From assembly GCA_947629675.1 (NCBI GenBank), contig CANREM010000005.1, forward strand, positions 18,393 through 82,392: a stretch of 64,000 nt of DNA, written 5' to 3'. The notes under the pieces are model-generated. The model made no database searches, had not been told where the DNA came from, and saw only the letters and a program-made list of their open reading frames with translations. Source of the stretch: an uncultured Clostridia bacterium (GTDB taxonomy: Bacteria > Bacillota > Clostridia > Christensenellales > Borkfalkiaceae). Shown here piece after piece: positions 30,942 through 40,122 of this stretch (its first letter is position 1; each line of letters begins with the position of its first letter). Made by a program: the position numbers and the translations under genes.

Positions 30942-31256
30942 TCAGTGAAAATTCGGGTCGGGCGGGATATCATGCCCTTCATAACGCTCACCTTTTCCGC
31001 TACTCCAGTCCCATGGATGATCATGCGGGAAGGGGATATCACCCTTGGGATTTTGATGAAAATAATCACGGTTGCGAATCGCTTTTCCCTCGTAATCGTA
31101 CCACCTGCTTTGTTTCTTTTTTCCGCCTACATACAAATCACACCGCGAATTCGGTTTGCCCGTGGGCTTCAAACTTCGTCTTTGCGTTTCGACATACGTT
31201 CCGCCGCTTGTCGCTCCTCCGCCGCCCATAAAATCTCCTTTGTTTTTGGAATTCAA
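30942..31256 (-). CDS. Orphan polymorphic-toxin C-terminal-domain-like protein
   Basis: 104 aa with a Gly-rich N-terminus, then KPNSRCDLYVGGKKKQSRWYDYEGKAIRNRDYFHQ...FPHDHPWDW. This resembles C-terminal toxin modules of LXG/Rhs-type proteins, recalled from memory only. Confidence 0.35.
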   Translation of the reverse strand: MNSKNKGDFMGGGGATSGGTYVETQRRSLKPTGKPNSRCDLYVGGKKKQSRWYDYEGKAIRNRDYFHQNPKGDIPFPHDHPWDWSSGKGERYEGHDIPPDPNFH

Positions 31257-31412
31257 ATACGCGCCGCATTCTTGATTATATTATATCACAGGTGTTTGCG
31301 GGGAGCACGCTATGTGACAAATTTTTGTAAAAAAAAGAACGACCGTTTTGCCCTCGACCACGTATAAGGGCGGTGCACTTATGATTCCATTGCGTTTGCA
31401 CAAACTTACGAT

Positions 31413-32216
31413 ATGAAAAAGGGGAAATTGCGGGAGGGGGTAAGGCGGGCGCATGCGTTCTACGCGACGCTCGCAGAGCATAAGTTCACGACGATCGCGG
31501 GCACGCTCGCCTTCTTCTTGGTACTTTCCCTCGTTCCCTTTCTCTTCTGGCTCACCCTGCTCTTTGGCAATTCTCTCCCCGCGGAGGACGTCCTCGAGCT
31601 GGAACTTCTCGGCTGGGCGCGCGACGTCCTCCTCTTCCTCAAGGAGAATGCAGAGGGGGCTTTGGGCGGTGTGAGCATCTTTTTTCTTGCGACGACGCTC
31701 TGGTCGAGCAGCAGCTTTTTTTATCATCTCCGAAGAAGCGGCGAGATCGTCTATGACGCAAAACGCACCAAGCATGGCTGGAAGGTCCGCCTCGCGGCCA
31801 TCGGGTTTACTCTCCTTTTACTCCTCTTCTTTGCCGCGGCCGCCGCCGTCCTCCTTGCGGGCGTGTACGCCGTGCGCTTCCTCTCGCCGTGGCTCGCCTA
31901 TCCCTCCGAATACATCCTCCTCTTTCTTTTGGGCTTCTTCTCCGCATGGATCTTGAATGCCTATGTCAGCCCCTTCGCGCTCTCCGCCTCCGAGACGGTC
32001 GCAGGGAGCCTCATCACCGCCGCTCTCTGGCTGGGGGCCTCGGCGATCTTCTTTGTCTATCTTCGCTTTTCGGGCGGGGAAAGGCTGTACGGCGCGCTCT
32101 CCCTCGTCGTCGCATGCCTCCTCTTCGTGTATTGGATGATGATCTGTTTCACGGTGGGCATGGTGTTCAACCGCATCCGCATCGGGAGGAAAAAACTTCC
32201 CCTGAAACGTCTCTGA
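31413..32216 (+). CDS. YihY/BrkB (virulence factor BrkB) family membrane protein
   Basis: AGTLAFFLVLSLVPFLF plus six TM segments, 267 aa. Confidence 0.8.
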   Translation: MKKGKLREGVRRAHAFYATLAEHKFTTIAGTLAFFLVLSLVPFLFWLTLLFGNSLPAEDVLELELLGWARDVLLFLKENAEGALGGVSIFFLATTLWSSSSFFYHLRRSGEIVYDAKRTKHGWKVRLAAIGFTLLLLLFFAAAAAVLLAGVYAVRFLSPWLAYPSEYILLFLLGFFSAWILNAYVSPFALSASETVAGSLITAALWLGASAIFFVYLRFSGGERLYGALSLVVACLLFVYWMMICFTVGMVFNRIRIGRKKLPLKRL

Positions 32217-32443
32217 AGGATGCTCGATCCCTTAAAAAGGAGGGGAAAACCTTCCTCGACATGCTCCGCATAAATTATATTTTGTACGCGCGGGCGCGCG
32301 ACATGGGTGGAAGAGCGGGAAAAGTTGGGAAAAATCGGGGGGATTTTTTCGTTCGGGGGTACCATGTTTGCGGTCGAAGGGTGCAAAACGCCGTTTTTTG
32401 CAAAAAAAATGTGCTTTTTCATGAAATTTTTTTCGCAAAAATA

Positions 32444-32472
32444 TTTACATTTGCGCGAAGATAGTGTAAAAT
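32444..32472 (+). promoter_or_regulatory. Sigma-A-type promoter
   Basis: TTTACA (32444-32449), 17-nt spacer, TAAAAT (32467-32472). Confidence 0.5.
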
Positions 32473-32512
32473 AGGAAATGAGATAAAATTGCTTCATGAG
32501 GAGAGGTGAGTT

Positions 32513-34180
32513 ATGTCCGATATGAACAACAACAACGCACTCATTTTAGAGGGCATCTACAAGGGGCTTACGGCCAAGGTCGACGAGGCGAAAGAGAGCG
32601 TTCTCAAGGAATTGCAATTCAATTCCGCACAGAGCGGCTCCGCATCCGACGCGATCCTTAGCGCGATCCGCGAACAGCTGGAGCCTGTCCTTCTCGAGAT
32701 CCAATATTTAGAGCAGCAGCTCAGCGCGATCAACGAGAAGAACACCGCGGATATCCAGGCTGCGCAGGCCGCAGTCACCGAGACGCTCGGCAAGAAGATC
32801 GACGATCTCCGCGAGGAACTTCTCTCCGCGGAAGAGCCTGTCGCCGGGGAAGTGCCCAGTGAGTTCGATTACGACACACTCGCCGAGAAGATCGCAGCGG
32901 TGCTTCCGGAAGCCGATGCGGACGCGATCGCAGAGAAAGTTCTCTCCGCCATCCCCGTCCCGGACGAGACCGCCATTGCGGATAAAGTCAACGAAGGGCT
33001 TGACTACGAACTCATCGCAAACCGCGTTGTCGAGATCCTCGAACAGCGTTGGACGATCGAAGAGGTCGAGGAGCCGGTCGCCGAAGAGGAGCCTGTCGAT
33101 GAGGAAGTTGTCGAAGAGGAACCCGTTGAGGAACCTGTCGCCGAAGAGGAGCCTGTCGAGGAGCCTGTCGCCGAAGAGGAACCTGCCGAACCTTTCGATT
33201 ATGAATTCGTCGCCAATCGCGTGGTCGATCTTCTGAAGGAACAGGGCCTGCTCGTCGCCGTTGTCGACGAAGAACCCGTCGCCGAAGAGGAATCCGAAGA
33301 AGAAGTTCCCGCAGAGGAACCTTTCGATTATGACGGGGTCGCGACCCGCGTCGTGGATATGCTGAAGGAAGAGGGCCTCGTCGTGACGCCCGCTCCCGTC
33401 GAGGAACCCGTCGAAGAGCCTGTTGAAGAGCCTGTCGTCGAGGAACCCGTTGAAGAACCCGTTGAGGAACCCGTCGAAGAGCCTGTCGTCGAGGAACCTG
33501 TTGAGGAACCTGTTGAGGAACCTGTTGAGGAACCGGTCGAAGAGCCTGTCGTCGAGGAACCCGCAGAGCCGGAGCCTGTCGAGGAACCCGTTGAAGAACC
33601 CGCCGTCGAGGAGCTTGCGGTCGCAGCCGTCGTCGAGGAAGCCGAGGAACCCGAGCCTGTCGAGGCTGTGGAAGGCCCCGCACCCGAGATGACGACCCGC
33701 CTGAAGAGGAGCTTCACCGCGAAGATCATCGAGAGCGAAGAGAGCGTCAAGCAATTCTACAGCGACCTCAAGAACGCACTTCTCTGCTACCCGCAGATGA
33801 CGTCGCAGGTCAACTGGTCGAACGACCGCTTCGCCTTCAACAACGAGACGGTGGCAAAGATCGGTGTGCGCGGCAAGACGCTCTGCCTGTATCTCGCCCT
33901 CGATCCCGAGGAATTCCCCGAATCCGTCTATCATCAGAAATTCGCGGGCAACACCAAGATGTATGAGCGCACCCCGCTCATGATGAAGGTCAAGAGCAAC
34001 GTCGCGCTCAAGCGTTCCCTCCGCCTCATCGAATTGCTTGCCGAACGGCTGGGCGTCGTGAAGGAAGAGATCGAACCTGTGGATTATGTTTCCCAATATG
34101 CGTTCAGGAGCGAGGAAGAACTCCTGCGCGAAGGCCTCATCAAGACGGGGCTTATGGAGAAGTCCGACCTCAATTTCTAA
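32513..34180 (+). CDS. Acidic repeat protein (EEPV repeats) with a conserved-looking C-terminal domain
   Basis: 555 aa: N-terminal coiled region, a long (V/A)EEPVEEPV tract, then a ~170-aa non-repetitive C-terminal domain. Confidence 0.6.
   Translation: MSDMNNNNALILEGIYKGLTAKVDEAKESVLKELQFNSAQSGSASDAILSAIREQLEPVLLEIQYLEQQLSAINEKNTADIQAAQAAVTETLGKKIDDLREELLSAEEPVAGEVPSEFDYDTLAEKIAAVLPEADADAIAEKVLSAIPVPDETAIADKVNEGLDYELIANRVVEILEQRWTIEEVEEPVAEEEPVDEEVVEEEPVEEPVAEEEPVEEPVAEEEPAEPFDYEFVANRVVDLLKEQGLLVAVVDEEPVAEEESEEEVPAEEPFDYDGVATRVVDMLKEEGLVVTPAPVEEPVEEPVEEPVVEEPVEEPVEEPVEEPVVEEPVEEPVEEPVEEPVEEPVVEEPAEPEPVEEPVEEPAVEELAVAAVVEEAEEPEPVEAVEGPAPEMTTRLKRSFTAKIIESEESVKQFYSDLKNALLCYPQMTSQVNWSNDRFAFNNETVAKIGVRGKTLCLYLALDPEEFPESVYHQKFAGNTKMYERTPLMMKVKSNVALKRSLRLIELLAERLGVVKEEIEPVDYVSQYAFRSEEELLREGLIKTGLMEKSDLNF
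33040..33620 (+). repeat. 12-bp-periodic tandem repeat encoding the EEPV tract
   Basis: Repeated gaggaacc(c/t)gt(c/t)ga(a/g)ga(a/g)cc units. Confidence 0.8.
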
Positions 34181-34270
34181 CCGATATTGATTAGAAAGTT
34201 CGGATTCAGACAAGGAATGCGGGGAGCCGGCTTTCGGCTCTCCGCTTTATCATATCATAAGGAGTATCAT

Positions 34271-36319
34271 TTGAAGGAACAGAGAAAGGGCAACCGGTCA
34301 AAAGAGAAGGACGCGAAAGCGATCGAAAGCGCGATTCTCAGCGGTTTGGAAGCATACAGCCGCGAGAATAAGACCAAAAAAAGGAGCCTCGGCGAGGAGC
34401 GCACCCGCGAGGCCATGCAGGAGGCGGGGCTGAAGGTCCGCCGCCCCTCCCGTGCAAAGGGGAAGGGCACGCGGATCCTTTTGACGAAGGCACCCGCACC
34501 CCAAATGGGATCTCCCGAAAAGAGGGCGCAAAGTCCCGCCAAAGAGGGGAGTGCGAAGCCCTCGCAAAAGACCGTGACGGCAACGTTTGCCACACCCATG
34601 TCCGCGAATGGCAGGAAGCTTTCCGCGAAAAAGCAGCCGGGCGGCAAGCCGGAAAAGGGCAAGAAGCCCGTCCGCATCCTCTTCTTCGGCGGCGTCGGCG
34701 AGATCGGCAAGAACATGACCGCCATCGAATACGGGAATGACATCATCGTCATCGATGCGGGCATCATCTTCCCCACGGAGGACATGCCGGGGATCGACCT
34801 TGTCTTTCCGGAGATTACCTACCTCACGAGCAATAAAAAGAAGATCCGCGGCGTTTTTTTGACGCACGGGCACGAGGACCACATCGGCGGCGTTCCCTAT
34901 CTCATGAAGGAACTTCTCCCCGATACGCCCGTCTACGGGACGAAGCTCACCCTCGCCCTCGCCGACAATAAGCTCCGCGAGCATCACTTGAATCACGTCA
35001 GTCTCATCACGGTCAGGCCGAAGGACCGCATCAAAGCGGGGGCGTTTTTTGTCAATATCGTCAACGTGAACCACTCGATCGCGGGGGCGACCGCCCTCGC
35101 CGTGGAGACGCCCTACGGCATCATCTTCCACAGCGGCGATTTCAAGATCGACCTCACGCCCGTTGCGGGCAGTCCCATCGACCTTGCCGAGATCGCCGAG
35201 TACGGAAAGCGCGGCGTGCTTCTATACCTCGGGGAGTCCACCAACATCGAGCGGCCGGGCTACACCATGAGCGAAAAGGTGGTGGGGACGACGCTCGAGC
35301 ATCTCTTTGCCGAGCATTCCGACCGCCGCATCATCATCGCGACGTTCGCATCCAACGTCCACCGTCTGCAACAGATCGTGGACATCGCGGCAAAGTTCCG
35401 CCGCAAGGTCGCCCTCTCGGGGCGGAGCATGCTCTCCGTCGTGGAGGCGGCCGCCAAGATCGGGGAGATCACCATTCCCGAGGGCATGCTCGTCGATGTC
35501 GAGAAGATCAAAAATTACTACGACCGTGAGATCGTCATCGTCTCCACAGGCTCCCAGGGGGAACCCATGTCCGCGCTCACCCGTATGGCGGCGGGCGAAT
35601 TCAACAAAGTGACGATCGGGGGGAACGATACGATCATCATCTCGGCAAGCCCCATTCCGGGGAACGAGCGCATGATCTGGGGGGTCATCAACAACCTCAC
35701 GCGGCTGGGGGCGAAGGTCGTCTATGAGAGCCTCGAGAAGATCCACGTCTCCGGGCACGCCTGCGAGGAGGAACACAAGATCATCCACGCGCTCTTGAAA
35801 CCCAAGTTCTTCATCCCCATCCACGGCGAATACCGCCACCTCAAGCGGCATGCGGCACTTGCGGAGGAGCTTGGCATGCCGGAGAGCTGCATCTTCATCC
35901 CCGCGATCGGAAACAGCGTCGAAGTCACGGACGAGGCCTTGAAGCAGGGGGAGAACTTCCCCGCGGGGGCACGCCTCATCGACGGAAGCGGCTTCGAGGA
36001 TCTCTCGACGAGCGAAGTTCTCAAGGACCGCGTGCGCATGGCGGAGGAGGGGATCTTCCTCATCGGGCTGACCGTCTCGGGCGGGGCCATCGTGGGCGAC
36101 GCCGTCGTCGGGAGCCGCGGCTTCGTCTTTGCGGATGAGAAGGAGGAGCGCGAAACGGTGACGGAGCTGAAAAACGTCGCCGAGCGCGCCGTGCAGGGCG
36201 TTCCCGTCAGCGCGGGCATCTCCGAGATCGAGAGTGCCGTCCGCCGCGCCGTCAAGAATTATATCTTCAAACGCACCAAACAGTCCCCGCTGATCATTCC
36301 CGTCATCAACGAGATCTGA
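34271..36319 (+). CDS. rnj: Ribonuclease J with a ~130-aa lysine-rich N-terminal extension
   Basis: GGVGEIGKNM and THGHEDHIGG metallo-beta-lactamase/beta-CASP motifs. The start is proposed at TTG 34271, preceded by AAGGAG with a 6-nt spacer, and is uncertain. Confidence 0.85.
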   Translation: MKEQRKGNRSKEKDAKAIESAILSGLEAYSRENKTKKRSLGEERTREAMQEAGLKVRRPSRAKGKGTRILLTKAPAPQMGSPEKRAQSPAKEGSAKPSQKTVTATFATPMSANGRKLSAKKQPGGKPEKGKKPVRILFFGGVGEIGKNMTAIEYGNDIIVIDAGIIFPTEDMPGIDLVFPEITYLTSNKKKIRGVFLTHGHEDHIGGVPYLMKELLPDTPVYGTKLTLALADNKLREHHLNHVSLITVRPKDRIKAGAFFVNIVNVNHSIAGATALAVETPYGIIFHSGDFKIDLTPVAGSPIDLAEIAEYGKRGVLLYLGESTNIERPGYTMSEKVVGTTLEHLFAEHSDRRIIIATFASNVHRLQQIVDIAAKFRRKVALSGRSMLSVVEAAAKIGEITIPEGMLVDVEKIKNYYDREIVIVSTGSQGEPMSALTRMAAGEFNKVTIGGNDTIIISASPIPGNERMIWGVINNLTRLGAKVVYESLEKIHVSGHACEEEHKIIHALLKPKFFIPIHGEYRHLKRHAALAEELGMPESCIFIPAIGNSVEVTDEALKQGENFPAGARLIDGSGFEDLSTSEVLKDRVRMAEEGIFLIGLTVSGGAIVGDAVVGSRGFVFADEKEERETVTELKNVAERAVQGVPVSAGISEIESAVRRAVKNYIFKRTKQSPLIIPVINEI

Positions 36320-36341
36320 AACAAACGGATAGGAGGAAGTT

Positions 36342-36971
36342 ATGAAAAAGAGCCTTACCGTCGTGTGCGCCCTGCTCGGCGTCTGCACGGTCATCGCGAT
36401 CGTCGTAGCGATACTCGGATTTGTATACGACATCCTTGCGCTCGGCATCATCGGATGCATCGCGGCGGTCGTCTCGCTGTGGTTCTTCGCGGGCATGCTA
36501 TACCGCGACGTCGTCTACAACCGCGTCGTGGCGTGCTTTGACGCAAAGGATTTCGCAAAGGCGCGCGAGATCCTCGACAGGGCGGAGCGCAACCAATTTT
36601 TCTACCCCATTGTCCGCGTGCTCGTCTTTCAGCTCGGCCTTCGCACCGCGATCGGCCTCGACGACACCACCGACGCCGTCCGCTATATCGAATCTCTCCG
36701 CTCGCTCGGGGGAAACGAGGGGGGCGAATGGCGGTACAAGACTGCCTACTTTCTCGTCATGATCAACCTCGATTGGGGAGATATTTCGGCGGCGCGGGCG
36801 GAATATTCGGACTTCTCGGACGCCTGCGAAAATTTGGATAACTTTCAGGAACAGCTGGGGATCTTAGACGCCGTATTCGCCCATATCGACGGCGAAGAGG
36901 CGGAACTTCCCGAGGCGGCGGAGCGTTCCGAATACCCCGTCGTACACCGCGTCCTTCAAAAGTATTGCTGA
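36342..36971 (+). CDS. Hypothetical membrane-anchored protein
   Basis: 209 aa with two N-terminal TM helices and a helical C-terminal part. Confidence 0.5.
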   Translation: MKKSLTVVCALLGVCTVIAIVVAILGFVYDILALGIIGCIAAVVSLWFFAGMLYRDVVYNRVVACFDAKDFAKAREILDRAERNQFFYPIVRVLVFQLGLRTAIGLDDTTDAVRYIESLRSLGGNEGGEWRYKTAYFLVMINLDWGDISAARAEYSDFSDACENLDNFQEQLGILDAVFAHIDGEEAELPEAAERSEYPVVHRVLQKYC

Positions 36972-37552
36972 TGAACGAGGCTTTTTTGCGGCTTCAGGCT
37001 CTTCGTGCGGCCGCCCTCGATGTGCGCGACCCCACCGTCTGTGACGAGACGCTCTGCCGGCTTTTGGAGCTTGCAAAGGGGGCGGAGCGCGTCCTCGAGA
37101 TCGGGGCGGCGGAGTGCCTCACTTCCATCGCCATCCATCTTGCAACGGGCGCGGAGGTGACATCCATCGAGCTGGACGCGCTCAGGGCGCAACGTGCGCG
37201 GGAGAACATCGCGGCCTTCGGGGCGGGAAAGGGCGTCCGCCTTTTGGAGGGGGATGCGGGGGAAATTCTTCCCTGCCTCGAGGGGACCTTCGACCTCATC
37301 TTTTTGGACGGCCCGAAGGCACAATACAGACGGTATTTTGCGGACTGTAAGCGGCTATTGCGGCGCGGCGGCGTGCTTGTTTCGGACGACGTCCTCTTTC
37401 TCGGACGGGAGAAGGAGAAGGTGCCGAAAAAGCGCAGGATGCTCTTCGAACACATTGGGGAGTACCTTGCGATGCTCGGGAACGACCCCGACTTCGAGAC
37501 GCAGATCTCAGAGATCGGCGAGGGCCTCGCCGTGAGCAGAAAATTATTATAA
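36965..37552 (+). CDS. Class I SAM-dependent O-methyltransferase (YrrM/TrmR-like)
   Basis: VLEIGAAECLTS (motif I) and IFLDGPKAQY. Synteny with the U32 peptidase matches Bacillus yrrM-yrrN-yrrO. Confidence 0.7.
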   Translation: MLMNEAFLRLQALRAAALDVRDPTVCDETLCRLLELAKGAERVLEIGAAECLTSIAIHLATGAEVTSIELDALRAQRARENIAAFGAGKGVRLLEGDAGEILPCLEGTFDLIFLDGPKAQYRRYFADCKRLLRRGGVLVSDDVLFLGREKEKVPKKRRMLFEHIGEYLAMLGNDPDFETQISEIGEGLAVSRKLL

Positions 37553-37603
37553 AAAAGGAATGCCGCCCGCCGCTCTCTCGGCGGGCGAAAAAAGTTGAAC
37601 GCC

Positions 37604-39118
37604 ATGAGTCTGGAACTTCTCGCCCCTGCGGGGAATTTGAAAAAATTGAAGCTCGCCATCCGCTTCGGTGCGGACGCCGTCTATCTCGGCGGCAAGGATT
37701 TTTCCCTTCGCACCTTCGCCGACAATTTCACCGAAAAGGAGCTTGAAGAGGGCATTGCCTATGCCCATGTCCGGGGGAAGCGGGTCTATGTCGCCGTCAA
37801 CATCTTTGCGCGGAATGCCGATTTTCCTGCGATAGAGCGGTATTTGAAGTTCCTCGAAGAGGCAGGAGCAGACGGCGTTCTCATCTCCGATTTAGGCGTT
37901 TTCCGCCTTGCAAGAAGGGTCGCGCCCACCCTTCCCATCCACATCTCGACGCAGGCGAACACCCTGAACGCGGAGGCGGCGGCGATGTGGCAGGAACTCG
38001 GGGCGAGACGCGTCGTACTCGGCCGCGAACTCTCCTTAAAAGAGATCGGAGAGATCCACCGCGCCCTCCCCGGGTTGGAGCTGGAGGCGTTCGTCCACGG
38101 CGCGATGTGCATCTCTTATAGCGGCAGGTGCTACCTCTCCGACTATCTGGAGGGGAGAAGCTCCAACCGCGGCGCGTGTGCCCAACCCTGCCGCGACGCA
38201 TACGAAGTAAGACGCGTCAAGGGAGGCGAAGTGCTTTCCCTCGAAGAGGATGGAAAGGGGGTCTATCTTCTCAACAGCAAGGACCTCAATATGGCAAGGC
38301 ATCTCCGCGAGCTTGCTGCCGCGGGGGTTTGCTCCTTCAAGATCGAGGGCCGCATGAAGAGCGAGAGCTACCTCGCCACCACGGTCAATTCCTACCGCCG
38401 CATCTTGGACATGGGGTGGTCGGAATCGCTCGGTGAGGAGCTTGAGAGCATTACACACAGGCAATATACGACCGCCTACGCCTTCGGGCAAAATGCGGAT
38501 ACCGTCTCTTCGGACGGCTCGCAAGTCGCGGGGACGTGCGACTTCATCGCCATCGTCCAAGGCTTTCGAAACGGCAGGGCGGAGGTGGAGATGCGCGGCC
38601 GTTTCCGCGAGGGGGACGTCTTGGAAGTACTCTCTCCCGACGAAAATTTCGGGAAACGGGTGACGGTTTCGGATCTTCGGAGTGCGGACGGCGAACTTTG
38701 TCCCGACGCCAAGCTCGTTCAGGCGAAATATTCCTTCCGATGCCCGCTTTTGCTGCAGGAGGGGGACATTTTGCGCCGCAGAAACGTGCATGAGATGATG
38801 CTGCAGCCCGCTCCCTTTGCCAAGATCAAGGCGGGGAAGAAGAGCTTCGAGATCAGGTTGAACGACGAAAAACGCCGCGCCGTCAAGGTGGGGGACGTCA
38901 TCGAATTTACCGAGACGGAGAGCGGCGAAAAACTGCGTGTGCGCGTCGGAAGTTTGCAAACATTCACAACATATGGCGAATTATGCCGCGCCCTTCCGTT
39001 GGAGCAGTGCGGCTACGAGGCGGGTGAAAAAGCCTCTCCGCACGATATGGACGCCTATTATCCCCCCGAAAAACAGAAAGAATACGGCTTCCTTGCGATC
39101 GGGATCAAGCTCATATAG
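37604..39118 (+). CDS. Peptidase U32 family protein (TrhP-like) fused to a C-terminal ASCH domain
   Basis: N-terminus ELLAPAGN...GADAVY and the U32 signature E.F.HGAMC.SYSGRC. The last ~110 aa (FAKIKAGKKSFEIRLNDEKRRAVKVGDVIEF...) resemble an ASCH fold. Confidence 0.75.
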   Translation: MSLELLAPAGNLKKLKLAIRFGADAVYLGGKDFSLRTFADNFTEKELEEGIAYAHVRGKRVYVAVNIFARNADFPAIERYLKFLEEAGADGVLISDLGVFRLARRVAPTLPIHISTQANTLNAEAAAMWQELGARRVVLGRELSLKEIGEIHRALPGLELEAFVHGAMCISYSGRCYLSDYLEGRSSNRGACAQPCRDAYEVRRVKGGEVLSLEEDGKGVYLLNSKDLNMARHLRELAAAGVCSFKIEGRMKSESYLATTVNSYRRILDMGWSESLGEELESITHRQYTTAYAFGQNADTVSSDGSQVAGTCDFIAIVQGFRNGRAEVEMRGRFREGDVLEVLSPDENFGKRVTVSDLRSADGELCPDAKLVQAKYSFRCPLLLQEGDILRRRNVHEMMLQPAPFAKIKAGKKSFEIRLNDEKRRAVKVGDVIEFTETESGEKLRVRVGSLQTFTTYGELCRALPLEQCGYEAGEKASPHDMDAYYPPEKQKEYGFLAIGIKLI

Positions 39119-39199
39119 TCATTTTGTAGAGAGAAAAGCGCGACGCTTTGGCGGCGCGCTCTTTGCATATCGTAGAAGCGGCTTCGCATACGATAGGGT

Positions 39200-39889
39200 A
39201 TGCGGGTGCGTTTGAAACGCGCGGGAGCGACCTTTCTCGCCGCGCTCCTTCTGTTTGTCATCGTCGTCGGGATCTTTTTAGCCATCTTTCAATGTAAGGG
39301 CAGAAAGACGGCCACCGTCTCCCTCGGCCAAAAATATTACTTTCTCGTCCGCGACTGCGATACCCTCACCGCGGGGGTGGTCGCGGGGGACAGCTACCTC
39401 GCGGGCGGGGCGGGGTATCTTCTCGAAGAGGAGGACGCCGTCGTCCTCGCTTGCTACTATAAAAAGACGGATGCGACCTTCGTCGAGGGTACCATGTCCG
39501 CGAATGGGGTGGAAGTTCGTGTTCTCGAAAAGGAGGCAAAGGACTTCTTTTTAGACGGAAAGAAGGCGGAGGAGAAGGACCTTGTCGAGGCAAATGCAAG
39601 GACGCTCGACGAGATCTCCCGCATTCTTTATGACGCCGCCAACGGGCTGGAGCGTTCCTCCGTGACGCAGGAGGGCGCGCGGGCCGCCGTGACGGGGGCG
39701 GTAAAATCGCTCGGCGGGCTTTTGACGCAGAACGGGGAGGGCCACTTCGCGCTCTGGAACGTCGCCCTTCGCCGCGCCATGCGAAGGGGAAGAGAGATCG
39801 CCGCGGGCATCCTCTTCTCAAAAGATATACGGTATTTGCAGATCGAACTCTGCCTCGACGTCCTCTCGATCAAGCAGTATTTTGCATGA
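39200..39889 (+). CDS. Hypothetical membrane-anchored protein
   Basis: 229 aa with an N-terminal TM and no recognised motif. Confidence 0.5.
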   Translation: MRVRLKRAGATFLAALLLFVIVVGIFLAIFQCKGRKTATVSLGQKYYFLVRDCDTLTAGVVAGDSYLAGGAGYLLEEEDAVVLACYYKKTDATFVEGTMSANGVEVRVLEKEAKDFFLDGKKAEEKDLVEANARTLDEISRILYDAANGLERSSVTQEGARAAVTGAVKSLGGLLTQNGEGHFALWNVALRRAMRRGREIAAGILFSKDIRYLQIELCLDVLSIKQYFA

Positions 39890-39991
39890 TGCGGGCGGGA
39901 AATTTCTTTTTGCGTGAAATTTGAAAAAAACTGCGAAAACGCTTGCTTTTTTGCGGAAACTTTTTTATAATGAATGAGCAATGCAAAGCAT

Positions 39992-40067
39992 GCTACTGTG
40001 GCTCAGTCGGTAGAGCGATTGATTCGTAATCAATAGGTCGCCGGTTCAAGTCCGGCCAGTAGCTCCA
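39992..40067 (+). tRNA. tRNA-Thr (anticodon CGT); integration target
   Basis: Cloverleaf: GCTACTG acceptor, GGCTCAGTCGGTAGAGC D-arm, ATTGA-TTCGTAA-TCAAT anticodon arm, GCCGG-TTCAAGT-CCGGC T-arm, encoded CCA. Confidence 0.95.
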
Positions 40068-40070
40068 AAA
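40023..40070 (+). repeat. attL core (3' 45 nt of tRNA-Thr plus 3 nt)
   Basis: ttcgtaatcaataggtcgccggttcaagtccggccagtagctccaaaa is identical to 58228-58275. Confidence 0.9.
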
Positions 40071-40122
40071 GAAATCGGGCAAAATAGGCGAATAGTAGCC
40101 GGTTTTGCCCGATTTCTTCTTT
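40071..40122 (+). terminator. Rho-independent terminator after tRNA-Thr (supplied by the element arm)
   Basis: gaaatcgggcaaaa/ttttgcccgatttc is a 14-bp stem followed by ttcttt. Confidence 0.7.
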
